From NCBI GenBank assembly GCA_038231455.1, contig JBBRLI010000001.1, positions 388,988 to 452,987 on the forward strand: a stretch of 64,000 nt of DNA, read 5' to 3'. The stretch comes from Vulcanimicrobiales bacterium. Its GTDB lineage: Bacteria; Vulcanimicrobiota; Vulcanimicrobiia; Vulcanimicrobiales; Vulcanimicrobiaceae. Position numbers and translations under genes: made by a program. The notes under the pieces were generated by a model. It saw nothing but the letters and a program-made list of their open reading frames with translations. It searched no databases and was not told the DNA's origin. Below are positions 48,487 to 57,661 of the stretch, one piece after another; position 1 is the first letter of the stretch; each line of letters opens with the position of its first letter.

Positions 48487-50985
48487 ATGCGTGCTTTGAT
48501 GCGACCGTTCGCTTTGCTTGTGCTCGTGGCGCTCGGCGCAGGGAGCGCCTCGGCCCAGACCGAGCCAAATCGTAAACCGCGGCCGTATGGACGCGGTAAA
48601 GCAACGCTCCATCGCACGGTCGCGCCACCGTATCACATCACCAACGAATCGATTGCCCTGGCGTTCGACTTCGATGCGGGATCGATCCAGGCAACGACGA
48701 TCATCGACGTTCAGCCGAAGAATGCAAACCTAGCTACGCTTCCATTCGATTCGGTCGGCCTGAAGTACACGTTCGTCGCCGTGAACGGCACGGCCGTCCG
48801 CTATACGACCGATGCCGAGCATTTGTACGTGACCCTCCCGACGCCGGTCGATACAACAAAACCAATCCAAATTACGACGCAATACGTCGCCAAGCCGACG
48901 CGGGGCATCTATTTCGTCCGTCCCAACGCCGCCTATCCGAATCGTCAGCCGCAAATCTGGACGCAGGGCGAAGAAGAAGACAACCGGCGCTGGTTCCCCA
49001 CGTGGGATGAACCCAACGAAAAATTTACCACGACCTTGAGCGCGCTCGTGCCGGCCGACTGGACGGTGATTTCCAATGGCACGCTCGAGAACACGATTAA
49101 GTCGCCGGATGAAAAGCTGATGACGTACATCTGGCGTGAGGCGCGACCGCACAGTGCGTATCTCACCTCGTTTGTCGCAGGCCCGTACGTTAAAACCCAC
49201 GATACACTCGGATCGCTCGACGTCGACTACTACACCTCGGCCAAAGACGAGCCGCTTGCAAAGCAGTGCTTCGGCCGCACGCCCGAAATGATCGCGTTCT
49301 TTCAAGACATCACGAAAACCGCATACCCCTGGGAAAAGTACGCGCAGACGACCGTCTCGGAATTCACCGCGGGCGGTATGGAGAACGTCTCTGCAACGAC
49401 GCAGACGCAGTTTGCCATTCATCCGCCCGAATACGAATTGACCAACTCCTGCGACAGCTTGGTCTCGCACGAACTTGCCCACCAGTGGTTCGGCGATGAC
49501 GTCACCGCCATCGATTGGCCGAACATCTGGATCAACGAGGGCTTCGCGACCTACTTTCAGGAGCTTTGGAGCGAGCACCACTTCGGCAAAGACCGCTTCG
49601 ACTACGAGCGCAAACATGCGCAGGACGCGTATTTCGGCGAGACCAAACGCTACTGGCGCCCGATTGTGGAATACACGTATGGAATCGCACATGATGCGTT
49701 CGATTCATCGGGCTATCCCCGTCCGGGGCAAGTGCTCAACATGTTGCGCTACGTGCTCGGGGATGAAGCATTCTTCAAGGCGATCCATGACTATCTCGTC
49801 GAGCGTCAGTATACGAACGTGGATACGCGGCAGTTCGAAGCCTCGGTCGAGAAATCGAGCAAGACCGATCTGAAGTGGTTCTTCGATGAGTGGTTCTACA
49901 AGGCAAGCTATCCGGAATACACCGTCACGCAGAAGTACGATGCACAAGCAAAACGCCTGACACTCGGCGTGAGCCAAAACAACCACGCCGGAGTCGTCTT
50001 CCGCATGCCGGTGACGATTGAGGCATACGATGAAAGCGGCGCCGTCATCGGCAGCAAATCGGTGACGATCGACCGGACAAGCGAAACGGTGGAGGTCGAC
50101 AATCTCCCGACAAAGCCGGCGCTCGTCCTCATCGACCCGCGCCAGCGCATCATTCGCAAACTCACGATGAATAAAACGCTTGCAGAACTCGCGTGGCAGG
50201 CCACCAAGGCGGCAAGCGTGCCGGATCGCCTGTGGGCAATCGAGCGGCTCGGCGAACATATTGGGACCGATCGCGCGGCGGCGCGCACCGCGGTACGCGC
50301 GGCGCTCGGCGATCCATTCTACGGTGTGCGCGTCGATGCGCTCGATGCCGCAGCCGTACTCGATGACGCAGACGCCCTGCGGACCGCGCTCGGCGACGCC
50401 GATCCGCGCGTGAAGATCGCCGCCGCCGATGCGGTTACGAAACTCAAAAACAAGCCTGCCGCGCTCGCCGAGTCGCTGAGTTTGCTAGCAGACAATTCGA
50501 ACGGGGTGGTCGCCGGTGCGGCGCTCCGCGGACTCGGCAGCGTCGGCGGCGCGGCAGTGTACGCGCGCCTGATCGCTGCGCTCGATACACCTGCGCCAAG
50601 CGACGCCGTCGCCGTCGGCGCCGCGAGTGGCCTTGCGGATTTGGGTGACGCTCGCGCGATCGACGCGCTCAAAGCGCACGCCGCATACGGTCAGCCAGAA
50701 CGCTTACGTGCCGCGGCGATCGCGGCGCTCGGCAAACTCGGCAAGAAAAATCCAACCCTCGTCGTGCCCACGCTCCTGGCACTCGCTCAAAGCGATCCGT
50801 ATTTCCGCGCGCGCAGCACGGCGGTCTCTGCGCTCGGAAAACTGGGACAGCGTGCGACGCTCGAACCGCTCGGCAAAATCCAATCGAGCGACACCGAAAT
50901 AAGCGTCGCCAACGCCGCATACGACGCCATTTCGGACATCAACGATGCCCTGGCGGCAAAACCCGCAGCACGACCCTCGCCCTAG
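48487..50985 (+). CDS. Secreted M1 family aminopeptidase with HEAT repeats
   Basis: Sec signal (ASA-Q), GGMEN, HELAHQW...INEGFATY and HEAT repeats. Confidence 0.88.
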   Translation: MRALMRPFALLVLVALGAGSASAQTEPNRKPRPYGRGKATLHRTVAPPYHITNESIALAFDFDAGSIQATTIIDVQPKNANLATLPFDSVGLKYTFVAVNGTAVRYTTDAEHLYVTLPTPVDTTKPIQITTQYVAKPTRGIYFVRPNAAYPNRQPQIWTQGEEEDNRRWFPTWDEPNEKFTTTLSALVPADWTVISNGTLENTIKSPDEKLMTYIWREARPHSAYLTSFVAGPYVKTHDTLGSLDVDYYTSAKDEPLAKQCFGRTPEMIAFFQDITKTAYPWEKYAQTTVSEFTAGGMENVSATTQTQFAIHPPEYELTNSCDSLVSHELAHQWFGDDVTAIDWPNIWINEGFATYFQELWSEHHFGKDRFDYERKHAQDAYFGETKRYWRPIVEYTYGIAHDAFDSSGYPRPGQVLNMLRYVLGDEAFFKAIHDYLVERQYTNVDTRQFEASVEKSSKTDLKWFFDEWFYKASYPEYTVTQKYDAQAKRLTLGVSQNNHAGVVFRMPVTIEAYDESGAVIGSKSVTIDRTSETVEVDNLPTKPALVLIDPRQRIIRKLTMNKTLAELAWQATKAASVPDRLWAIERLGEHIGTDRAAARTAVRAALGDPFYGVRVDALDAAAVLDDADALRTALGDADPRVKIAAADAVTKLKNKPAALAESLSLLADNSNGVVAGAALRGLGSVGGAAVYARLIAALDTPAPSDAVAVGAASGLADLGDARAIDALKAHAAYGQPERLRAAAIAALGKLGKKNPTLVVPTLLALAQSDPYFRARSTAVSALGKLGQRATLEPLGKIQSSDTEISVANAAYDAISDINDALAAKPAARPSP

Positions 50986-51026
50986 AAGGCAAACGTGCTC
51001 TGGGGCAGTAAGGTCTGCCTAACACA

Positions 51027-52079
51027 ATGATTAGGAAAACCTTACTGATCGGTACGCTCGCGCTTTCCGCCGTCGCCTTTTCGAGCGCTCCCGCCTCGGC
51101 AATCCCCGTCTTCGCCCACCGCTACGGCCTCTCGTGCCAAGTGTGTCACACGACGGTGCCCCACTTGAACGCGCTCGGGGAAGAATTTTTGGCCGGGGGA
51201 TACGCGCTGCCTGGCGCAAAGCCCGGCCCGGTTTTTCCCTTGGCGATAAAAGTGAACCTCGCCTATTCAAGCGAGCCGACGGGCTCGTCACTTCCCAAAG
51301 CCGTCGTCGACGAAGTCGAGCTGCTCACCGGCGGCCACGTCGGTAAAGCGGGCAGTTACTTTGCCGAAGTCTATGCGATCGACGGCGGTCACATCGGTGC
51401 GGTACGCGACGCCTGGTACGCGCAGCGCTTCGGTCAAGTCGAAGCGACCGGCGGACAATTCACCTTACCGCTTCCGGTCGATCCGGAGACGTTTCGCGAG
51501 ACCGGCGCGCACTACGCGATCTACGATCAGCGGGTCGGCACGAACCCGTTTAATTTTTTCGACCCAAAACAGGGTCTGAGCGTCCGCTTTGGTGGCGTGC
51601 AGAGCGGCATCTCCGTCTCTGCGCTCGGCGGTCACGACAAACAGTCGGGCCTCGCCTCACACGGAATCGATCGCATGATCGCCGCGCAAACCGCGCGCGG
51701 CGCATTTTCCGCGAGCGCCTATCGATACGATGGAGCGCGCACGCTTGCGGCCGGCACCGATCGCTTCTGGCGTGAGGGTGTCGGTGTGGGCTTTACCGCA
51801 GCACGCTTGCGCGTCGAGGCGACCCTCCAAACCGGCAACGATGCGGGCTTGGGGATCCGTTCGAGCGGCGGTTTCGTCCAGGCGCGCTTCGCGTTCACAC
51901 CCGCGCTTGCAGCGATCGTCCGGTACGACGGCACGCAAGATACGCAGTTCGCGCGCACGCTGCTGGTCGGCGCGAGTCACCGCGTGAGCCGCAATGCCCG
52001 GTTCACGATCGAAGACCTTATCGCGCACGTGCCGCAAACCAAGCACACGCTCGATGCAGCATATCTGTTCGCGTACTAA
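51027..52079 (+). CDS. Cyc2-like monoheme cytochrome c-porin fusion (copy A)
   Basis: Signal peptide, then IPVFAHRYGLSCQVCHTTVPHLN..G..F...GY, amphipathic beta strands and aromatic C-terminus YLFAY. Confidence 0.75.
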   Translation: MIRKTLLIGTLALSAVAFSSAPASAIPVFAHRYGLSCQVCHTTVPHLNALGEEFLAGGYALPGAKPGPVFPLAIKVNLAYSSEPTGSSLPKAVVDEVELLTGGHVGKAGSYFAEVYAIDGGHIGAVRDAWYAQRFGQVEATGGQFTLPLPVDPETFRETGAHYAIYDQRVGTNPFNFFDPKQGLSVRFGGVQSGISVSALGGHDKQSGLASHGIDRMIAAQTARGAFSASAYRYDGARTLAAGTDRFWREGVGVGFTAARLRVEATLQTGNDAGLGIRSSGGFVQARFAFTPALAAIVRYDGTQDTQFARTLLVGASHRVSRNARFTIEDLIAHVPQTKHTLDAAYLFAY

Positions 52080-53731
52080 CGCAACCCGATGCCGAGCGTC
52101 GTCACGCGCACACCGGCTTGCATTGACGAGCCCAGCGTCGCAGCGTACGCGCCAAAAGGGAGGCGAATATCGCCTTCGAGCGGACCGCCGCGCGCGAGCA
52201 GGTCGACGCGGAGCGCCTCACCTGCAGTGAACCACACGACTTGACGGTGAGCGTTTTGCGGCGCGAGCGACAATCGCGGATACGCAGCATCGCTCGAGGT
52301 TGCGGTCGCCAGCGTCCATGCGCGCACGGCGAGCGCCGGCGCGATCTGCCACGTCCCGTCGATGCCAATTCCGCTGAGATGACGCCCCGCTGAACTTGCG
52401 ATTCGTTCGCTATACGCAACCGCTCCCACGCGCAAGCGCGCGTTGTCCGTGTAGGTTGCACGCGTCTGAATCAGCACGCTGCGATCTCCGAGGATCGCGC
52501 TCTCCGATTCAAGTAACGTCGGCGTCCGTAGGGCCGTGAGCACGCCGCCCTGCACGCTGAACCGTTCTCCGATCCGAACTTCTTCGCTGGCGCTTGCGGT
52601 CAAAGCCGATCCGATTGTCGATCCAAATGCGAGCGCGTTGCTGCCCCGTTCGTAGGCAATCGCAACGCGCGTCTCGGTCGCGACTCCGTGTGACTCGGCG
52701 CCAAGGGAAAGCGCCTGCGTGGACTGCGTCCCCGTGCTTCCGTCCGGCAAGATCCCCGTCGAACGTGTGGCGCGGACGGACAATTCGACCGGAATCATCC
52801 CGCGCGAACGCAGCGAAGCCGCGCCGTCCACAAGCGAGTTATCGACACTCGAGCGCACCGCAAGATGACTCAAAAGAAGCGTCCGACGTGAAGCCGTCGC
52901 ATAGCCGAGCATCGCGCCCTCGAGCGATCGAGTTGCATCTCCAAGCGCGAGCGCGCGCGCACTGAGCATTCCACCCGCAAAGGGGACGTCCGCTGCGACG
53001 ATGCCGTTGCTCCGATGATCGCCCGTGTCACTCGCCGCTGCGAACGTCGCGTGAAACGCGCGTGCACCAATGCGTGCTTCGAGGTCGGATGCATCTCCGC
53101 CGTCGATGCGCGCGCTCGGCGAACCGATCGCGCGAACGGCAAAGAGGCCACCCTGTGCGTAGGTTCCATAGCGCGGTGCCTCGAGGGGCGAGAGCGCGAG
53201 GATATCAGCTAGTGCGAATGGGACGATCGATTCGGACGCACTCGCACCGTCGGTCGATCGATAGAGCGGGATGCCCTCGAGCACGAGGGCACCGTGGCCG
53301 CGATCGAGTCCGCGATCCGAAATCTCGCTTCCATTCGCGACGACGTACGGTACGAGCGTCGCGATCTGCAAGAGACGCCGGTACGGCAGCGCAGCGAGGT
53401 CGGCGGGCGCGAGCGGCGCGTCTCGTAGAACGGCATACCGCCGTACCAGGATGACGATCGTCTCATCTGCTCGGGCGATCGCGCGCGTTGTCACGCAGTA
53501 CGCGCAACTAACTTCAAGCACGGTCGGCTCGCCATCGGTATCGAGAGCGAACGTACCATCGGGCGCGGCGCGATCCGACCCGATCGTGCGGCCCGCCGCA
53601 TCGATCGCCCGCACGCGCGCTTGAGCGATCGCGGCGCCGTCGGTATCGCGAACGATGCCGGTCCGCAGCGTCCCGGCTTCCGCAGCGAGCGGAACGAAGG
53701 CGAGGAGCACGAGGATGAGCGTCGCCTTCAC
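52076..53731 (-). CDS. Secreted carboxypeptidase-regulatory-like domain plus short TonB-dependent-receptor-like barrel
   Basis: Signal peptide, GIVRDTDGAAIAQARV, plug-like DRGL...LVLEGIP...RYG and a beta-rich remainder. Confidence 0.55.
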   Translation of the reverse strand: MKATLILVLLAFVPLAAEAGTLRTGIVRDTDGAAIAQARVRAIDAAGRTIGSDRAAPDGTFALDTDGEPTVLEVSCAYCVTTRAIARADETIVILVRRYAVLRDAPLAPADLAALPYRRLLQIATLVPYVVANGSEISDRGLDRGHGALVLEGIPLYRSTDGASASESIVPFALADILALSPLEAPRYGTYAQGGLFAVRAIGSPSARIDGGDASDLEARIGARAFHATFAAASDTGDHRSNGIVAADVPFAGGMLSARALALGDATRSLEGAMLGYATASRRTLLLSHLAVRSSVDNSLVDGAASLRSRGMIPVELSVRATRSTGILPDGSTGTQSTQALSLGAESHGVATETRVAIAYERGSNALAFGSTIGSALTASASEEVRIGERFSVQGGVLTALRTPTLLESESAILGDRSVLIQTRATYTDNARLRVGAVAYSERIASSAGRHLSGIGIDGTWQIAPALAVRAWTLATATSSDAAYPRLSLAPQNAHRQVVWFTAGEALRVDLLARGGPLEGDIRLPFGAYAATLGSSMQAGVRVTTLGIGLR

Positions 53732-53765
53732 GTTCGCTTCACGATTCGATGGTACGATTGCACGG

Positions 53766-54017
53766 ATGGGACGCTTACGGAGTCGATGGACGATCCTCCT
53801 GACGCTGCTGGCGACGCTTGCGGCGGCCGGCGGCATCGGCATCGCAGCGGAAGTCAGCCTCGAAGAACTCAGCCGACCGCACCTTGCCCCGAGTTCCGAG
53901 GCCGGCCTGCTCGCTCCCATCACCGGCGCCGGCCGAACCGGCTGGGACTGTACGCCGGAAAAAGCCGCGCGGGCAACCACCGCGCGGGCAGCCGAGCTTC
54001 CCGCGAGCGACCGCTAA
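53766..54017 (+). CDS. Small hypothetical exported/membrane protein
   Basis: TGnTACGAT -10 element 7 nt before ATG, N-terminal hydrophobic helix, stop abuts the next ATG. Confidence 0.45.
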   Translation: MGRLRSRWTILLTLLATLAAAGGIGIAAEVSLEELSRPHLAPSSEAGLLAPITGAGRTGWDCTPEKAARATTARAAELPASDR

Positions 54018-54821
54018 ATGCGCGTTGCCGCCGCTTGCGTTGCGGCGCTTCTGGCCGCACTCCCGGCAACGTCCTTCGCACAGACGTATAGCGCGCCGAC
54101 CGAGGCGCCACGCACGACCGATCGCAAAACGCTCGGTGCGCTCGCGGCCGAACGCGAGATTCACGAACGCTTCGCGCGCGGAATCGCGGCGGAGGCACGC
54201 GCCGCCTGGTCCGATGCCGTCGCGGAGTTCACGCGCATCATCGCACTCGATCCGCCCGAGCCGCGCGGTTCCACCGCACGCTACGATCTGGCAATCGCCA
54301 AAGCCCGCCTCGGCGACTTTCGCGCTGCGCGAACGCTGTTGACCGAGGCCCTGTCTCGCGATCCCGGCTTTACGGCCGCGGCTGCGAACCTCGTCACGGT
54401 CAACGTGATGGCAGGCGATTTGCGCGAAGCGCGGTTGAGCGCGGATCGATTCATCGCGCTTGCACCCGCGTCCGCTCGCGCGCGATACGCACGCGGGTTG
54501 CTCGCACTGCGCACGGGCGACCTCGCAACGGCACGGGCCGACTTCCGCGTTCTCATCGCCGACGATCCCGCGTATGCCATCGCGCACTACGATCTCGCGC
54601 TCGTCGAGCTGCGCGAAGGGCGTCTGGATGCCGCCGAACTCGAACTCACGCGGGCGCTTACGCTTGCGCCCGGATACGCGCGCGCACGCTTCGCCTTAGG
54701 AACGGTGCTCGTGCGCGCAGGACGAACGGTTGAAGCCCGCGCCGCGTTCGATCGAGTTGCTGCCGATGCATCCGACATCACGTTGCGCACGATTGCGGGA
54801 ACGCTGCGCGACCGGCTATGA
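54018..54821 (+). CDS. Secreted tetratricopeptide repeat protein
   Basis: Signal peptide (SFA-Q) and repeated A.YDLA / DP.YA.A TPR units. Confidence 0.85.
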   Translation: MRVAAACVAALLAALPATSFAQTYSAPTEAPRTTDRKTLGALAAEREIHERFARGIAAEARAAWSDAVAEFTRIIALDPPEPRGSTARYDLAIAKARLGDFRAARTLLTEALSRDPGFTAAAANLVTVNVMAGDLREARLSADRFIALAPASARARYARGLLALRTGDLATARADFRVLIADDPAYAIAHYDLALVELREGRLDAAELELTRALTLAPGYARARFALGTVLVRAGRTVEARAAFDRVAADASDITLRTIAGTLRDRL

Positions 54822-55355
54822 GGTCGCGCGTAGCCATGCGCGCACGTCGGCTTCGGCGTGGTCGGAGAGCAGCACGGTTTTCGCGAGGCGCCCTGCACGA
54901 TCCAAGCAGTAGATCATCGTGCTGTGAACCTGCGGTGCTTCTTTCGTCGTGACGTGCGGGCGGTCGACTCCGAGCGAGTCGAGCAATGCGTTCACACGCG
55001 CGGGCGAGCCGCTCGCGACGCGCCACGAGCGCGCGTCGGCGTTCAGCATGCGCGCGTACTGGGCCATCACGAATGGCGTATCGTAGCCCGGATCCAGCGT
55101 GATCGTGACCAAGCGCGCACGGACGTGCGTCTGAACGAGATGTTCGAAGAGCGCGTCGCTCATCGGGCATGTATCGCCGCAGCGCGAAGCGACGAACGTC
55201 AGGATCGTCGGCCTACCGCGAAGAGCGTGAAGCGAGAAGTGCGCACCGCCTTGATCGACAAGTTCGATACGTGTGGGGTCGGATGCCGCGCCCGCATTGC
55301 CGCCGGTCGTAAGACCCAGCAGCAGTGCGAGCGCGGCGATTCCCGCGCGAAGCAC
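54816..55355 (-). CDS. SCO1/SenC family copper chaperone
   Basis: LVDQGG..FS, CGDTC (CxxxC), ITLDP..DTP and HST motifs. GTG overlaps the upstream TAG. Confidence 0.88.
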   Translation of the reverse strand: MLRAGIAALALLLGLTTGGNAGAASDPTRIELVDQGGAHFSLHALRGRPTILTFVASRCGDTCPMSDALFEHLVQTHVRARLVTITLDPGYDTPFVMAQYARMLNADARSWRVASGSPARVNALLDSLGVDRPHVTTKEAPQVHSTMIYCLDRAGRLAKTVLLSDHAEADVRAWLRATS

Positions 55356-55969
55356 TAGTAGTTGCCGCCGCCTTGACCGGGTGGGGTACTTGTGGATCCG
55401 GGCGCGGGGGTTGCACTCGGTCCGGGCGTTGCATTCGCGGCAACGTTGAGGACGGTGCGCATGGCATTCGAGGCGTAGTGGAACGCGCAACCGATGTAAT
55501 ACGTCCCCGTCGAAAGCGTGAACGGGCCGGCGAGCGCGCCGCCGGAAAGTGTCCCGGATGCAAAGGTTGCGTTGATCGTTGCGCTACCGCTACTCGTCGT
55601 CGAGATACTGGGGCTTGTGGGAAAGCTGGTCGTCGAGATCACGTTGAACGTGTGCGGCACGGATAATTGTCCGTTGCGGATCATCACCTGGGATCCGGGC
55701 GCGAATCCGAGCGTTTGCGAGTACGCATTTTGCGTGTAGCCGCCGATAAGTCCGTAGGTTGGATCGGTCGTGGCGCCGATTGCCGTCGTTGGCAACGCGG
55801 CTGTGATGACTTGCTGGCTCGACGCCGGTGGCGTCGCGGTCGGCGCAACCGTCGGAGTTGCCGTCACGGTTGGCGGCGTGACGGAGCTGCCACCGCTGCT
55901 GCCGCCACCGCCGCATGCAGCCAAGAGTGCCGCGGCTACGAAGCACGCAGCGAATACGGGTTTGTTCAT
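55355..55969 (-). CDS. Cupredoxin (type-1 blue copper) lipoprotein
   Basis: Lipobox LAAC, Gly/Ser/Pro/Thr linker, PHTF and GTYYIGCAFH....AM. Confidence 0.8.
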   Translation of the reverse strand: MNKPVFAACFVAAALLAACGGGGSSGGSSVTPPTVTATPTVAPTATPPASSQQVITAALPTTAIGATTDPTYGLIGGYTQNAYSQTLGFAPGSQVMIRNGQLSVPHTFNVISTTSFPTSPSISTTSSGSATINATFASGTLSGGALAGPFTLSTGTYYIGCAFHYASNAMRTVLNVAANATPGPSATPAPGSTSTPPGQGGGNY

Positions 55970-56020
55970 TAGTCGTCGCTTTCTGGCAAAATGAAGTGAC
56001 TGCCGCGAGCGTAGAACCTC

Positions 56021-56075
56021 GTTCTGAAGCATTCATGAAGCGCACGCCGGTCCGCATTCAGAATCGCTTCACAAT
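56021..56075. promoter_or_regulatory. Two oppositely oriented TTCA-N7-TTCA direct-repeat boxes in a divergent promoter
   Basis: Minus strand: cttca-tgaatg-cttca (56040-56025). Plus strand: attca-gaatcg-cttca (56056-56071). Confidence 0.45.
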
Positions 56076-56094
56076 TCAAGGCTAGCGTTACGGG

Positions 56095-56550
56095 ATGAGA
56101 GCACTGCTCGTCCTTGTCACGATCGCGCTTGCGGGCTGCACCTACGGTGCGCCAAGTGCGTCTGGCAGCGGCTCCGACGCCGGTGTCACGACGATCGACG
56201 TTAGCTTGACCGCGCATGCGGCAAGCGCGATCGGCGCCGGGAGCTCCGGCGGCTACGCGCCTGCCGTCCTGACGATCGCCGCTGGGAGTCGCGTGCAATT
56301 CCTCAATGCCGACTCATTCGCGCATACCGCATCGCTTGTTTCAAACGCCCAAAAGTTTCCGACGAGTTCGCCGCTGGGTGCAAGCGCACTGACCGCAGCG
56401 GGGACGACACTCTCGAGCGGATGGTCGAGCGGCAATCTTACCGCAGGAGCGCGTTCTCCGGTGTTGCTCGCCGATACGCCCGGAACGTATCTCTACGGCT
56501 GCTTCTATCACTATGGCGCGCCGATGCGGGGAGCGATCGTTGTTCGGTAA
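56095..56550 (+). CDS. Cupredoxin (plastocyanin-like) lipoprotein
   Basis: Lipobox LAGC, NADSFAHT and PGTYLYGCFYHYGAPMRG (Cx2Hx4M). Confidence 0.85.
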   Translation: MRALLVLVTIALAGCTYGAPSASGSGSDAGVTTIDVSLTAHAASAIGAGSSGGYAPAVLTIAAGSRVQFLNADSFAHTASLVSNAQKFPTSSPLGASALTAAGTTLSSGWSSGNLTAGARSPVLLADTPGTYLYGCFYHYGAPMRGAIVVR

Positions 56551-57658
56551 ACGCGCCCTCGCGGCGCTCGTCGTGTTCTTCGCCGCAGCGAGTTTGCGCG
56601 CCGATGCGATGCCGATCTTCGCGCAGCGCTACGCGATGACGTGCGGCGCGTGTCATTCGGTCTTGCCCGAACTCAACACGTTCGGGAATTATTTCCGGAA
56701 TCACGGTTATCGGCTACCCGCACCAAAACACGGCACGACGATCGCCGCGATCCGCTATCAGATGGAATACGACCGCGATCCGCAAGCAAACGCGCCGCGG
56801 TACGTCCCGGGTGGCGTGCTGCTCTCCAATGCCGACATCGGCGCGATCTCGGGCTTTCTTCATTACAACATCGGCGCGCAAGGCGGCCCTTCGGGAACCT
56901 ACCTTGGCTATCTTACCCGCTACGACGCAGCGACGAAATCGCAGTATCGCGTTGGTCTCTACGAGTTGCCACTCGTCCACTCGCCCGGCCAGCGCCTGGA
57001 CGATCTCGCACCGTACGGTTACGAACAGGCCCACGTCGGGCTCAACGATTTGACCCTCGCGCAGCCGCGCTGGGGTGTCGAAGGCGAACGAGAAATCGGC
57101 CCGACGCGCGTCGCGCTCTCGATTGCGTTCGCTGAATTCAAAGGCGCCGCATACGGCGGGCGCCCGATCGATACGGGGATCACGACGCGTCCCCAACACC
57201 CGGAAGTAGGCGTTTTCGTCCGCGCGCCATTTGGCTCGTCGATCACGCTTACGGCCGACGCGCTCGCCGGTGCCAGGGCTACTGCACCGGCGGGCCGTTC
57301 CTCGTTCACCGATGCGTATTCGCGCGATGCTTTGGGCATCGAGGCGCACGCGCACCGGTTGAGTCTGCTCGCTCAGCAATGGTGGGGCGTCGACACCAAT
57401 AGCGACGGGTTTGGTACCCGAGCCGGTTCGAGCGGCGGTTTCACCCGATTGCGTTACGCACTTGGCGATCACGCGTATCTTGGCGTGCGCTTCGATGCGA
57501 CCGCCGCGCCGACGGCCGTGCGCGATACCGTGGTCTACGCGGCGACACACCTCGGGCGCCACGTCCGTCTGTTGATCGAAAACCGGCGGATTCAAAACGG
57601 CCGTTCGAGCGTTGAGGGGGCGCTGACGGTCGGCGTGCCATGGCCGGCGAACCACTGA
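56540..57658 (+). CDS. Cyc2-like monoheme cytochrome c-porin fusion (copy B)
   Basis: TTG start with GGGGAG RBS, signal peptide, MPIFAQRYAMTCGACHSVLPELNTFGNYFRNHGY and a beta-barrel-like remainder. Confidence 0.75.
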   Translation: MFGKRALAALVVFFAAASLRADAMPIFAQRYAMTCGACHSVLPELNTFGNYFRNHGYRLPAPKHGTTIAAIRYQMEYDRDPQANAPRYVPGGVLLSNADIGAISGFLHYNIGAQGGPSGTYLGYLTRYDAATKSQYRVGLYELPLVHSPGQRLDDLAPYGYEQAHVGLNDLTLAQPRWGVEGEREIGPTRVALSIAFAEFKGAAYGGRPIDTGITTRPQHPEVGVFVRAPFGSSITLTADALAGARATAPAGRSSFTDAYSRDALGIEAHAHRLSLLAQQWWGVDTNSDGFGTRAGSSGGFTRLRYALGDHAYLGVRFDATAAPTAVRDTVVYAATHLGRHVRLLIENRRIQNGRSSVEGALTVGVPWPANH

Positions 57659-57661
57659 TTC

